Assembly: GCA_905178155.1 (NCBI GenBank) | Contig: CAJINV010000001.1 | Coordinates: 15,252,142 to 15,316,141, forward strand | DNA: 64,000 bases | Origin: Amoebophrya sp. A120 | Taxonomy: Eukaryota > Protista > Dinoflagellata | Reading direction: 5' to 3' | In this document: in pieces, positions 47,761-61,000 of the stretch | Layout: every line of letters begins with the position of its first letter | How positions within the stretch are numbered: position 1 is the first letter of the stretch | The notes under the pieces: generated by a model | What the model was told of the DNA's origin: nothing | Database searches by the model: none | What the model saw: only the letters and a program-made list of their open reading frames with translations | Program-made: the position numbers and the translations under genes

Positions 47761-49520
47761 ATGGCGGCTACAAGCACGACGGGCGTAATGTCGCAGCACG
47801 CGGTGCGGGACAATCCGGTGATACCAGAGTGCGTCACCGTCGCGTTCGAGAGGTATCAAATGGGGTGTCTGCACGAAGAACTCGCGGGTCCCGAGCCAAG
47901 GAAACTGCAGGCCCTGGACATCATTCTGGACATCTGTAAGGTGGACACAAAAGCGCAAGAAGGTGGATCGTTGCTTATTGGCGCTGAGGTTATTCGTGGA
48001 TGAGTCTCTGCTTCCGCCCAGCATAGTAGCCAAAAGGAAATACTCAACTACAATAACTCCACCACATCTACTTCTACTTCAGGTGTCATGCAGGGCCTTC
48101 TCGATGTGCTAGTGCACATACTCCGGGGCTCACCATCGCCAAGTGTAAAAGAGAAAGTGGTCAAGTGCTTCTTGCTGCTTTCGAAGTTTCCCAACGCCAG
48201 ACAAAAGCTGTACAACTGTTTTTGACTTTGTTCTTTCGACTTAAGTACTTCAGATCTATCTTTTTGAACGCCTTTGTAGACTCACTTCATCGGTCGCACC
48301 GATATCGAAATAAACTGAACGGCTTAATACTCTTGCAACCACAAAATAAACGTCTGTGCAGTGTCGAGGACAGCGGAAAATTGGAGGAGCTGAGGCATGC
48401 AGTGCAGGCGTCAGAAAACGAGCAGGACTTCTTCGGCTGCCTGCAGACGATGCGCAACGTGTGCCTCTACCCGAAGGGTGCGGACGCGCTAGTAGCAACC
48501 GGCTACTGGGACTGGCTCATCTCCATGCTGCTCGACGAAGCCAAGTCAAAGCCATCAGATCTGCGAAAAAGCGTCTACGAAAGCCTCTACAAGCTCAAAA
48601 TCGAATGTATATGTTCAGGGATTGAGCTTGTTTCTGGGATGAAAACCACAAAAATTGTCGGCCGTTTCAGGTTCTTTTGATGCTTATGATGTACTACGGA
48701 ATGTTTCGAAAAGACCAGACATACCTCAGGTAATCTCGACCACAAGAACACAAGCACGCCAAAAAGCTTGATAAGGCTACTGCTCAAGTCGGACTTTACC
48801 ATGGCACAAGGACCGGAGTACTTACTCATTACCGTATGGTGCACGTGCACCTGCACTGGTGATTTTTTCGCAGAGCAAGTTGTCGGCATTTCATTCACTC
48901 ATTACGGATGCGAGATTTATGAGAAGATGAAATTTAAAAAAGGTACGCCACCAGTGCCCTTGAGTTCTGCATTGCGGTGTGCCGACTAGACGAGAACAAG
49001 TCGGAGTTTATCCAGAACGACGGCATAGCGACGGCCTATAAGGTTTTTCTTGGGAATGGAACGCTTGCAGTGGCAGCGACCGGTATGGAAGTGTTTTTTT
49101 GATGCTTGTGCAAAGTAAACCTCAAATCGTGCTGCAGGTGGAGGAAGCTTCATTACCCATCCTTGATTCGTTATACCTCAAATTCCATCAGACACCCCGC
49201 TGGTTTTGCTGACATCGCGAGCGCTGCAGTTCCTCGGCTCCTTGACAGTGGCAGTTCCGGGGAAAAAGCTTGTGGCCGAGACGATTGGTCCGGCCAAGAT
49301 TGCGGAGTTTTTTGAGCAGTGCCTGGACGTGCAAAGCGACAAAATCGAGCGAACCTTAACGCAGTTCATGCTGGAAGTGTGTGAGCATCCCGACGTGCGA
49401 AAAGCGCTGCGCAGTCGGGAGAGTCTAGTGGCAAAACTGCGGGCCTCGGAAATCCGGGCGGATGAATTTGGCAAGAAGATCCTGAAGAAATTGATCGACA
49501 ACATTTTCTGGGAGCCATAG
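47761..49520 (+). CDS. Armadillo-repeat protein, radial spoke protein 14 (RSPH14)-like
   Basis: Exons 47761-47962, 48083-48209, 48362-48606, 48730-48838, 48943-49082, 49192-49520 (GT-AG). VTVAFERYQMGCLHEEL, LYPKGADALVATG and the terminal IFWEP resemble RSPH14. Confidence 0.65.
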
Positions 49521-50425
49521 GCCGCGCAGAGGCTCTTGCTCTGCTAGTGCTGCAAAGGCGAACGAAGAATACAGGAGCAAAATACGTGATTAGATATGAA
49601 TGAAATGTACATCGTCGATACCGATCGCGATTGGACGCTAACCGCGATCTAGTAGCCAGTACTGCTTTCAGATTTTATTCGAAGATTTGACGACACATGT
49701 GTGTCCAATCAAATAATACCGAAACCAAATTTTTGACACAAAGACCTCAGCGTCTGAAACTTTTTCGTGAAACCAAACCTGAAACCATATCTATGTCAAA
49801 CTCCCAGCGAGCAAAGGTCTCACGCCGCTAGAGCGGCAGAGACGAGAAGTGAGGCCGTACTACACTAGTACCTTGTGAATAAAGTCTGTGCACAATTCCA
49901 TTGGACTGGGTCTTCTTGGACCGCTGAGTTGCTTTGTATATCTGAAACACCTACTCGGTACTCTGTACAAAACAGCTAGAACTACCCAAAATGAAGCCGA
50001 TTACTACAAACGCGACCCCCTCTGCAGCGCCGCTTGGAGACAGGCCTGCTTTCACACCACCCAGCGACCACGTTTCATAGTGGATCTGGATGTTCTTCAA
50101 CACTAGAAGCGTTGACTCACGAGCTGCCATTTTCGATCTTCTAGCTCTCGCACGTGCTGACTGGCGCCCTCATTGGAAGATCCTGCGAGAAGTATTCAGG
50201 GTTGCCGGGACCTTGACTGCAGAATTTGAAGATCTCATGAAGAAAGGACCGACCAATAATATCCGACGCTGAAGCTAGAATAATCAGTCTGACCCACCGT
50301 AGTTTGAATCCTTTCTTTGACTACGAAACAAATTGCGAATAAGTTTGCGAAACTAGTAGTATACTTTTTCGTGGCTGCTTTTGGCTCCTGGTTGGAGCGG
50401 ACCCAACAAGACCCTTCCCGTCGCC

Positions 50426-52082
50426 ATGGCGCAGTTACTGAATTTGAAGGGCGGGGCCCTGAATCTGGGGGCTGTAAAGCAGGGACTCACGACAGGTCTG
50501 GACCAGGGCTTGAGTTTTATGAAGCAAAAGATCAACGAGGTATTTTTTTTGCGTTCCTTTCCAGTTTGGACCTTCATCACATGTTCTTCACTCTGATAGT
50601 GCGGAAGCAGCTGTAGACTTGAACAGGAGAGATGCGCACACAGAGACGCGACACACTCAGAAAAGAAATATAACAACAATCGCAGGTCGCGAAGCACACT
50701 CGGCAAGCCGGATACGACAGCGACGACGACCCGCCCACGATCGAGCCGACGAACCCCGGGGAGCAGCTGGTGCGTTACTTCATCCAGGGCGGCAATCCGC
50801 AGGTCCCCGATGACGAGGACAACATGTTCACGCTCCCCGCACTGCCCTACTACACCAAGGCGGTGGTTTTGCAAGATTTTCCGCTCCGGGGCGAGTTCCA
50901 CTTCCGCTTCAAACAGCCGGACGACGAGTTCGGGTTCATTTGGGTGGACGTCCCGGATCTGGAAGACCTCGTGCCCTGCTACCAGGGAATGATTCAGCTC
51001 AAGGTATGGAAGAGGAAGATATCAAGAACGAATTGGACAACCTACCTGATGAAAATTTTATTTCGCGCGTAAAAATCCACGAATCTCTTCACAAAAAAGT
51101 TTAGTCTAGTGCACGTGCATCAGTGAAGATTCGCGATGTTGTCCGAAATTTTCAGGTCCTCTCCCTCCCGGTTCCGAGTCCGGAGTACGCGCGCGTCAGC
51201 AGCGTTGCGCGTCCGGTCGACTCCCGGGGGTCTCGGGGCCAGTTTTCGCCCAGTCAGCGCAGACAGCAGCCGGTGGAGACGGGGGTACAGCCGTCAAAGC
51301 CCGTCGCCAACCCAGACTTGCTGATCGGCACGGGCCCAGCGAGCGCCAGCAGCTCCTTCGGCTCGGTGCAGTCCTATGCGTCGGGCCCGACGGCGAACCA
51401 AAGAGGACATGGCGGGAACCACTTCGCGAAGAACGATCTGGAGTCGCTCGGGCCGGTTGTAAAAGCGGAGGACCTCGACCGAGACAAGCTGGTTCGAGAA
51501 CGAGAAGAGGAGAAAGCAGCGAGAATGCGCGAGAAACTAGAAAAGCACAACGCGGTAGTAAAACGACTTTTACATTCTGGATGTGGATTTTTTTTTTTGA
51601 CGTTGCGATTGCGAGAGCAAGGAAAATTTCAATGTAGTTTGTGATTGCACACACTCTGTCGACGAGCTGCTAGTCTGGGCCGCGCCTTGCGTTTCGTTTG
51701 AGGTGGAAGAAGAAAAATTTATATCATAATCACACCACAGGCTCGCGAAAAGGAAGAGTCCGGGAAGCAGGAGCGGGCAGAAGCGGGGCAGGAACTGAAG
51801 ACGGAAATGGATAATTGGTGCATGAACCCGCAGGACGGCAAATGTCGCGACGTGCGGACCCTCCTGGCCAGCTTGCAGGATGTCATTTGGGAAGGCAGTA
51901 CGTGGCACCCCGTGAGTCTGGGCGACCTGATGCTGAACCCCAGTAGGGTGAAGAAGTGCTGGCAAAAGGCGATTTTGATATCGCACCCAGACCGCCACAA
52001 TGACGCGGACGGGCGCAGGAGGTATCGCGCAGAGCGAATTTTCGAGGCCATCAACGAAAGCTACAAATCCTTCAAACCGTAG
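50426..52082 (+). CDS. DIX-like domain + auxilin-type J-domain protein
   Basis: Exons 50426-50539, 50686-51003, 51156-51554, 51741-52082 (GT-AG). DIX-like segment GEFHFRFKQPDDEFGFIWVDV…VPCYQGMIQLKV. Auxilin-type J domain DVRTLLASLQDVIWEGSTWHPVSLGDLM…VKKCWQKAILISHPD. Confidence 0.85.
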
Positions 52083-52795
52083 TGACGACACTTTTTCACG
52101 ACCCGTGTGCGTAGAGCGACACCAACGCGAAGTTACATTATGCGGCAATAAGTTCCGCGACTAAGAAATAAACCGGGAAAGCAGCACTGAGTGAGCCCTC
52201 CTAGGCCTGTATGGATCGTCGTTGTTCGCAATAAAGTAGTTGTGAGCCACTAACTTGATGAAATTCGGCAGATGTACTATGTTGAGGGACAAATATTTAT
52301 GGTGATCATGAATGACAATGAACTTGAAAGATCATTTCTCCTTTACGTGTTTTCTGGACGATCATTTGCGAAAGAAAGATCGAGATCTCCTGTGTTGAAG
52401 GGTGGATGAGATGGTATGAACGTTCGGTGGTAAGAAGTCAGGCTCAGGCCCCAGTCATTGTCGAACACACCACGCAAACTCCTCCGCCACTTGTATCTAT
52501 CAGGTCTTGGTGTAGTTCATGACGTGTTTAGTTTTTTTACCCCTGACCCTGACCCCGTCCCGCAGAAAGTTTGTTGTTTGCGCAAAATTCTTTATCCGCC
52601 TACGCTCCAAAACCAAATTTTTATTTTTTGCGCTTCTTTGTTCTAGTGGAAACCGAAACGAGAACGACATCAAAAGTTTTAGGTTTAGGGGGAGAATAGT
52701 TCTGTAGATTCGTTACCGCCCGACCTCCTTGTCCTTATTTGCGCGCATAATATACGCCCTCACGTCATCTCCCAATTTCGCAAGAAGAATTAATC

Positions 52796-54565
52796 ATGTC
52801 GACCTCAACTACGCAGCAAGATGTCGACATCGGATTGGCGCAGCGGATGAAGGCTGCCACCCTGGGATCTTGCCTGGTTGCGCTCACGGTGACTCCCCTA
52901 GAGGTGATCAAAGTGCGGATGCAGACACCCGGTGGGAACGTTGTCCGCCCTTTGACCGGGAACAGCCCGAGCTCCAGTTCCACTGCGAGTAGACCGCCCA
53001 TAATTGCGCACGATGCTGTCGCGGGTGCTGACGTCGGCATTAAGGGCAGCCATAACAAAACCACATTGATTAGCAGCGCTACTCCTAGTGCAACAACGTC
53101 TTCTAGTATTTCCGCGGCAGCACGAGCGGGAGCAGCTGAGCCAGTGGCGAAAAGTAGAACGACAGGCTTCATTTCCAAATCCCTCTCGTCGCGCATCGTT
53201 AATCTGTCGGACGGTATTCGAGACCAATGGGTGCGGATTCCCAGCTCGTCGAACACAATTCAGGCACACAAAGTAACGACTGCAACGACGACCCCGAATC
53301 TTCATGGGACCAACGGTGCACCAACTAAAGAATCGGCCCCAGGTGGCACAACTGTGCACGGCGAAAAACCCCGAGCCGTTCCAGTTGGTCAACACGCTAC
53401 TCCTGCTACAGCAACACCTGGAGCTTCAAGTGCTGCGTCCGGAGCATCTTCGAGAACTACGGGCGCAGCTCCCAATCCGCCAGCCGCAGCACGTATTCAA
53501 GGCTTCGTTTCGTCTTTCTCCTCGGGCCGTCGCACGAACAACATGTACCAGACGTTTAAGCACGTGGTGCGGACGGAAGGGTTTCAAGCTTTGTATCGCC
53601 CCATGTGGCCAGCGTTGCTGATGTCGATTCCGGGCAACGTGCTGTATTTCGTTTCGTACGAGATGGGCAAGGAGTGGCTGGAGCAGGACATCGTGCAAGG
53701 CGGGCTGGTGCGCAAGGTATCCACGTCACTCGGGAACGTCGGAGTTGGTGATTCTTCATCACATGATCTGGGTGCCAGCACAGGTGGAGGTGCGCAAGGA
53801 AACAAGAACTCAGCGGATGAAAGTAGAGGCACAGCAGCTAGTTCTCCTTCTGCCGCCTCTAGTACAACTTCGGCGTCCCATTTATCAAAAACATCCCCTC
53901 CCTCCTCGACCTCGGCCTTCCTTCACGCCTACCTTCCCGCGGCAGCCATCGCCGGCTCCCTGGCCCGCACGGTCACGGTGTTTTGCATGGCGCCTTTCGA
54001 AATAGTGCGGACGCGGTTAGGCGCGGCGAACTACGGCGGCGTCGCGCAGACGGTGGCCGAGCTCTACAGCACGCAGGGGCTGCGCGGCTACTGGAAGGGG
54101 CTGCAGCCAACACTGCTGCGGGACGTGCCGTTTTCCGGGCTGTATTGGGCGAGCTACGACTTTTTGAACCGGAAATTGCGCACCACCGTGTGCGGCGCGC
54201 GACCACCACCGTCCGTCAAAACTACTACGAGCGGGGGCGAAGACAGAGATCAAGCAACGGGAACAACGGGCGCGGAGCTTGTGTTTTCCTTCACGGCCGG
54301 AGCGACAAGCGGCGCGTTCGCGAGTGTCTTGTCGCATCCGTTTGATGTGCTGAAGACCCAGCGTCAGGTCGCGGACTCGAACTACCTGGTCGGTGGAAGC
54401 GGCGCGGCCGCGAGGCTGGGGGGCGGGACGTCGACACTGGCGGCGTTGCGCGACCTGCAGCGACGTGGCCAGTTGTTTGCAGGCTTGGCTCCGCGGGTCT
54501 TGCGCGCGGCTCCGGCCTGTGCAATCATGATCTCCTCATACGAATATGTGAAGCGCAATCTCTGA
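52796..54565 (+). CDS. Mitochondrial carrier, SLC25A39/40 (Mtm1)-like
   Basis: Three carrier signatures: VTPLEVIKVRMQ, MAPFEIVRTR, SHPFDVLKT. Subfamily motifs PTLLRDVPFSGLYW and APACAIMISSYE. Confidence 0.92.
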   Translation: MSTSTTQQDVDIGLAQRMKAATLGSCLVALTVTPLEVIKVRMQTPGGNVVRPLTGNSPSSSSTASRPPIIAHDAVAGADVGIKGSHNKTTLISSATPSATTSSSISAAARAGAAEPVAKSRTTGFISKSLSSRIVNLSDGIRDQWVRIPSSSNTIQAHKVTTATTTPNLHGTNGAPTKESAPGGTTVHGEKPRAVPVGQHATPATATPGASSAASGASSRTTGAAPNPPAAARIQGFVSSFSSGRRTNNMYQTFKHVVRTEGFQALYRPMWPALLMSIPGNVLYFVSYEMGKEWLEQDIVQGGLVRKVSTSLGNVGVGDSSSHDLGASTGGGAQGNKNSADESRGTAASSPSAASSTTSASHLSKTSPPSSTSAFLHAYLPAAAIAGSLARTVTVFCMAPFEIVRTRLGAANYGGVAQTVAELYSTQGLRGYWKGLQPTLLRDVPFSGLYWASYDFLNRKLRTTVCGARPPPSVKTTTSGGEDRDQATGTTGAELVFSFTAGATSGAFASVLSHPFDVLKTQRQVADSNYLVGGSGAAARLGGGTSTLAALRDLQRRGQLFAGLAPRVLRAAPACAIMISSYEYVKRNL

Positions 54566-55428
54566 TGATGAATCGCAGCGCAATTTGCAAGCGGGAACAT
54601 TTATTTTTGACCACGTCGGTCGGTCGTGCTTTGCAGCACAGGTGATGGTCGTGAGCAACACTGACGAACAGTCAACTAGAAGTGAAAGCGAAGAGTAGCA
54701 GCGATCCTACCATGTTCATGAAGAGGTTCAGAAGGCGCGTGTGACTTCTCTTGGAAGCTGCAAGGGGGTAGCATTTGGAGAAACTACAGATGTGTTCGAG
54801 GTTCGTGTCAAAGAAAATATTTTGGGCTGATGTAGTCGTCGCGTCCGAATTTCCTCCCTCACGTTCAATCTCTGCGGAGTCCTGCTATCCATACGTTCAA
54901 GAAAGAAGCACGGAAAATGTTCAATGATCCGACTGGCTCTGAGGAGTTTGCAAATAAACCGTGTTAGCAGATGAAATAGACATCGCCTGCAAGATCCAAT
55001 GAATTCGAGATCCAGCCACATCAGCTTGGACGGAAACGTCGAGCGATGATCATGCTGTTGGCCTGGATTCTGCGGACGCCGTTGTACACAATGAGCGAAA
55101 GTAAAAGTTAATGAAGATCGAAATCTTCAGACCAAGATCACGACAACAGGATCGTGCCCAGGTCTTTTTTGAATTTTTGACAAATACAACCAGTTCCAAA
55201 GTCATCGATCCGTTTCCAACTTCGTCGATGGTGATATTGAGCACCATCTTTTAGAGCAGGTTCTCCTAGCTGGATAGAGGGAGCCTGGTATCAGATAGAA
55301 CTGTTTTCGACCAGATCGCCCTGTTTGCTTTGGACGTTTGCTTCGACGGAGACGGTGATGCTGTGCCTGTACTTCCCATTCTGAACGAGATTCTTTCCAT
55401 TTTGAATTTGACCTTAGCGACTAACAAA

Positions 55429-57576
55429 ATGCCGAGTGACATGTTCCGTATGCTGAGCCAGGGGGCGAATTTTCGGCAGACCCGGAAGACGATACCCCCA
55501 AAAAACAGTGCGCTCAGCACACAGGAAGTAGGAATAAACAAGGCGAAGAGCAACGTGAAGTCCTCAGCTTCTACAGCACCGAGTTTCAGCAGTAAGCCAA
55601 GCGCTTTAAATTTCTTCCAGACCGGCGTTACCGGTTCTGATGAAACGGAAAAGGCAGAAGAAGGAGCGAGCGACGAGAACGAAAATTTGGAAGAAGGGTC
55701 AAATACAGCGGAGGATGCGCTTGATGGCGCTGACGACCAGAGAAACAATGGTCAAAATAAGATATCAGAGGACGAACTGAGGAGGCAGCACAAGATACGA
55801 AACGTGAGTAGCGATTGTCCTGCGCCCTGGGCGACTTTCGACGACTTCCAAGTTCCGAGCTGGATCGTCAAAAATGCGCGACGGGGACTGCGGTTCGAAA
55901 CGCCAACGCCGATTCAGATGCAGTGCTGCCCCGCAGTGTTGACAAAACGGGATGTGCTTGCGTCCGCCCCGACCGGGAGCGGCAAAACCATGGCGTTCCT
56001 GCTGCCACTGCTTGCATCTTTAGAGGCAGACCGATCAAGAACAGCGGCTGCCGAGACAAAGAATAAGCCGCAGGAGCAGGAGACGAGCAACAAAATAACG
56101 GGGAATAATAAAAAGAAAAAGTCCATCAAGAAGAAACAAGGAAATAAGGCAGAGGTTGAAGAGTCCACAGCTACCACTACGACCGACGACAGCGACAATG
56201 GCATCCCAGCCCCCCGGCTCGTTGTCGTCGACCCTACGCGCGAGCTCGCACAGCAAACGTTGCGGGAATTTGTGAAGCTTGCGGAAGGGCGACTAACGGA
56301 CTTTAGTCCGAGTCTGCTAGATGACGAAGGTAGTTACGGGGAGGAAACGATTGTTGCAGTCAGTACACCGCAGAAACTGGAGAAAATGCTGGAAGAGAAA
56401 AAAATCTCGCTGAAAAACTGCCGGTATTTTGTGCTCGACGAGGTGGACAAGTTGCTGGACTTGGGTTTCCGCGAGCAAATCGACAATGTCTTGTCCTACT
56501 GCAACACGGAACAAGCAACGACCCGTCCGGCCACGCTCTTCTTCTCCGCGACCCTGCCGGAAAACGTGGTAAATCTCGCGGAAACGGTGTTGCTCAATCC
56601 TTTGACAATCCACGTCGGACTGGGCTCGGCCGCCGCGAATCCCGATGTGGAGCAGAAGCTGGTGTTCATCGGGAAGGAAGACACCGGGAAGCTGTTCACG
56701 ATCAAAACCATGCTGAAGACGGGAGAGCTGAAGCTTCCCTGTATCGTTTTCCTGCAGAGCAAGGACCGGGCGCGGCAGTTGTTCCAGGAATTGCGGCACG
56801 AGCCGGCCTTTGCGGGCGAAAAGCGGGTAGACTACATCACCGCGGAACGGAAAAAGGAGGAGCGAGACACTGCTGTGGAAAACTTCAGAACCGGGAAGAC
56901 ATGGGTACTTACGGGCTTTTTTTTTGAATGCTTTCATGATGCTTCTAGTTCTAGCTCTTTCGGAAAATATTGTAAATGACAAAAGGAACAAACGCAAATG
57001 CTCACCTCTCAAACCCTTGCAACATGAAGTGAGAAATTTGCACTAGACGTGCACTAACATCACACTTTGATGTTCTCTCAATTCAACTCACAAAAGGTGT
57101 TGATCTGCACGGATTTGATGAGTCGCGGGGTAGACTTGAAGCACGTGGAGATGGTGGTAAACTACGACTTACCGTTGAAGCAGTCCACCTACATTCACCG
57201 CATCGGGCGCACGGGGCGGGCCGGAAAGCAGGGGAAGTCCGTGACCTTCTTCACGGAAGACGATTTCCCGTTTCTGCGACCGATCGTGAATGTCGTGCGA
57301 AATTCCGGGTTTGCCGTGGCCGAGTGGATGCTGCAACTAAAGAAGCCGCGGAAGCACCGACAAGAACGCGGCGGGCAAATTGAATTCCACCGGCATATCG
57401 CACGAAAAGACATCCGAACCGGTGGCGTGAAGAAGAAAAAAGTCATGAAAGGAAAGGCGAACAAAGGCAAAGTAGCGGGTGCGAAGAATAAGCCCGCGGA
57501 AAATCCTGCTGGCGGTGATAGCGCGAAGATGAAAGAACCCAAAAAGAAGAAGAAAGCAATGAAAAAGAAGGAATGA
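55429..57576 (+). CDS. DDX52: DEAD-box RNA helicase DDX52/ROK1
   Basis: Exons 55429-56904 and 57097-57576 (GT-AG). Motifs PTPIQ, APTGSGKT, PTRELA, DEVD, SAT, FLQSKDRARQLF, WVLICTDLMSRGVD, HRIGRTGRAG. ROK1-like N-terminus DMFRMLSQGANF. Confidence 0.9.
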
Positions 57577-58039
57577 CACTGACGAAAGGTCCTGCACCAA
57601 TGATTTTATCTGCCAGTGCGGAGGTTCATCCCTTTGTGGACGTAGGCTCTAAGTTTGTTGCGCGACGAATTTGCATGAGCAAAATCATCTTTGTACTGCT
57701 CTGCTGAGCGGATTGTCCTGACAACCAGGACTTTCTTCGATGCTGCCCGATGTTCTCATCAAAAACTCACTTTCCTCTCTGAACCTCGTTGAATGTCCGA
57801 ACTAAGCGAGGAGGTCTCAAAGTCTCTTGACAAGTGACTGCTGTGTGTTTCTTGAGTGATCGCGAGAATGGTTTCATCTTGTTTTATTTTCAAATCGTCC
57901 CCGAAGTGGTCGCGCCACCCTCCCGTCCACGTTGATGTGGCCTCATTATGTCGGTTTTCTTAAGTACGTTAGATCTGGTGCTACCTCGTTTGCCACTTTG
58001 TTGAACTTCTAAGAAGTAGACCTGACCACTAGTACAAAA

Positions 58040-61000
58040 ATGTCGGGCGCTGTTTCCAGCCCCACGTTCTCCGCCGGAACGGGCGACACGGCTAACATGC
58101 ATGGGGCGCGGATGAAGATTCCGCTGAGTTGGTTTGACGCGAGCATTGAGAAGCAGCAGTATGTTCGTGGCAACATCGGTGGGACGACATCAAAAACGCC
58201 TTCGTCCTCCTCTTCCGCACCCAATTCCCGATCAAACTCGAAGACCTTGCTGCCCGGCGGCCCGGACAACGGTGCCGACCAGGACTACCAGCAGGGCCTA
58301 GAATTACTGCAGGGGAGAAGTGTGGTGGCTAACCCGCGGCTGGCGGCCTTCTACTTCCGGCGAGCAAGCGGGAAGGGACACTCTCGAGCGGAGTACATTA
58401 TGGCCATGCTGCACAAGACCGGCTACGAGGGGATTTTGCCCAGTGCCCGCAAGTACCTGTTCTTCCTGCAGCGGTCTGCACGGCATGGGCTCGCGGTGGC
58501 ACAGCTCGAACTAGGTACTGAGCTTTTCGGGCGTGTGATGTTCGTGTCTGTTGGAAGAGAGGTCATTTGGAGCAAAACACTATCTGTCTCATTTGTGCTT
58601 CGTTGGTTCGGGTTCGTTTGGTTGCAGTTACAACAAACTCGTTTTCATCCACAGGACTTCTGTATCTTCGCGGCTTTCTGCTCCCGAAGGACGTGAATCG
58701 GGGGAAGCGACTGCTGCGCAGGGCAGCCCAGTGTGGCGAAGTCGGCGCCTGGAAGCACCTGGCTCTGTCCGCCACGGGGGAGGAGAGTAGTTCCTGGTGG
58801 GAGAAGGCTGCAAAACAAGGGGACGCTGAGGCACTGTATGTGCTCGCGATGCGCGGTCTCAACCAGTACCCGGACGCCACTTCGCCGCCGATGTCTTCGT
58901 CTCAGGCCATTGAGCAGTTGAAGACGGCAGCGAACAAACAATGGCCTGAGGCGTTGCACGCGCTTGGTACTTCTTGTTCTTTGTACTTGTTGGTCTGAGG
59001 TGCTTTGTCGTGTTGGCCACCAGGAGCATCGAGCTAGTTATCTGTTATAGTACTTTATTGCAGGTTCAGTTTCTGCTTCTGGTCGGTCGCACACAACATG
59101 CCGAGCCATCGTCAGTTTCTCGGAGAGTGGATTTTTTTGACACCACTTTAACAGGTGAGATGTATCGCGGTGTGGCGCATCCGGCGTACTCCTACCGTCT
59201 GAAAGAGCACATGATCGGGCAGCTTTTGCGTCGCGACTGCGTGAAGTCCGCCCGCTACCTCGCGCTTGCCTGCGACGAGCTCTTAAACCGCCGCAACCAG
59301 CTGGAAAAGGAAGCCCGCGCGTACGAAGAGAAGCTGCTCACCTGCATGGGTGACTTTGACCAGGCAATCTCCTCGCAACTCCTGCTCGCCCGCGTTGTCA
59401 ACCGGTGGCGACACACGGCCACCCGGCGCAAAGCGCTGCTCCGTCGGTTGATCGCTAAGCGGGAGACCACTTACATCCGCCCAGCGTGGAAGATCTGGCA
59501 GACCAGCGTTTTGCGCCGCTTTCTCGACCTGCGCGTCGGGTTTGAGGAACCGTTTGAGTTCGGGAAAACGCTCGGCCTCTGCTTCGCGCAGTGGGCCTTC
59601 CGCGCGGTGGTCGTGCCGAAGAAGATGACGAAGATCGTGCGCGCGAACGCGAGAAAGAAAAACTTGCGGAAGGCGCTGCAGTCCTGGCGCGCGTGCACGA
59701 TCCGCCGGCGCATGGCGGTGTTTGTACTTGTGGAAGTGTTGAAGCAGAACTTGCGGAAAAAGTGCACAACTTTGCTCCCCTCCCAGGAGGAACGAAATTA
59801 CCGTCGGGGCACGAAATTGTTGGAAAAGATGCTGCGGCGCAAACTGTACCAGAGTGCGTGCTCAGCGTGGCGGTTGACCACTGTCCAGCGCCAGACGAAC
59901 GCGCGATTCGTGAATGAGGTTCGCACACTCTCCGACGAGAATCGCGTGCTCCAGCAGGACCTGCGCACGACCGCCCAGCGCCTGGCCGAACTCGAGCGCG
60001 AGGCGGCGGCTTGGAAAAAGCGGTACGACGAGGAACATACGCTGAACCAGCAGCTGCTGCAGTCGGGGCTATCGGGCGGCGCCTACAACCGGAAGTCGAC
60101 CGATACCACGGATTTTGTGCGCCAAGGCTCTCCAAACGCCGCACGGGAATCGCAACTGCGATTGCTCAACAGTGCGGGCGGCGGGAGCAGGAGCGCGTCG
60201 CCGGGACAAATTATGCCAATGTCCAGCGCGCAGGCGCACCTGGAACCGACGACGTTATTCCATCAAAGCACGGGAACAAACCTCTCCTTCAACCAAATCC
60301 CGACTACTACGCAACAAGGCAACACGACGCTGCTCCGGACGAGCAGGGGGCTTCTCGGGGGCATGGCTTCGAGCGCCAGCACCTCCCGAACAAACAGTAA
60401 AAAGGCTTCGCCTTTATCTGCAACCGGCACGACAGATCCGCACGAGATTCTCGGCAGATCAGCTGGCGGGCAGCTCTTCCTAGCGGAGGACGCGGGCGGC
60501 AGTGCTTTCCTCAACAGTGCACAGCACCAACAAGGAGCGACATCGTCAAGCCATGAGATGGTCTACCCTTCGCGAAGATCCTCCTGGTCCCCGAAGGCCG
60601 TGTTTCGGCCGGTGTCCAGAACCGCGGGCTTGGAACATCGAGAAGAGGACAGTGCAGTGGCCCAAGAACAGCAGCTTTGCGGGACTGGAACAGAACAGCC
60701 CTCGCCGATGAAGCGGCTGATGCAGCGGAAAATCATGTCCAGTCAGGAACGATATGCAATGCAAAAATGTCTGGGTCTGGAAGAATGCATGTTTGTCATG
60801 CTTGTCTGGCATGACTCTTGAATCTGTCATGCACGTTACCCAGGAGCTCTGTTTTTCTGTGATGCAGGAACGCAGTTTGTCATGCAGAAAAGGCAACACC
60901 TAGAAGCTCAGAAACTTGTCATGCTGAGCGAGCATTTGTGGCCTCATCATGAGACGCCACCCAGCATCACAAGTTTCCAGACCCAGACATTTTTACATTT

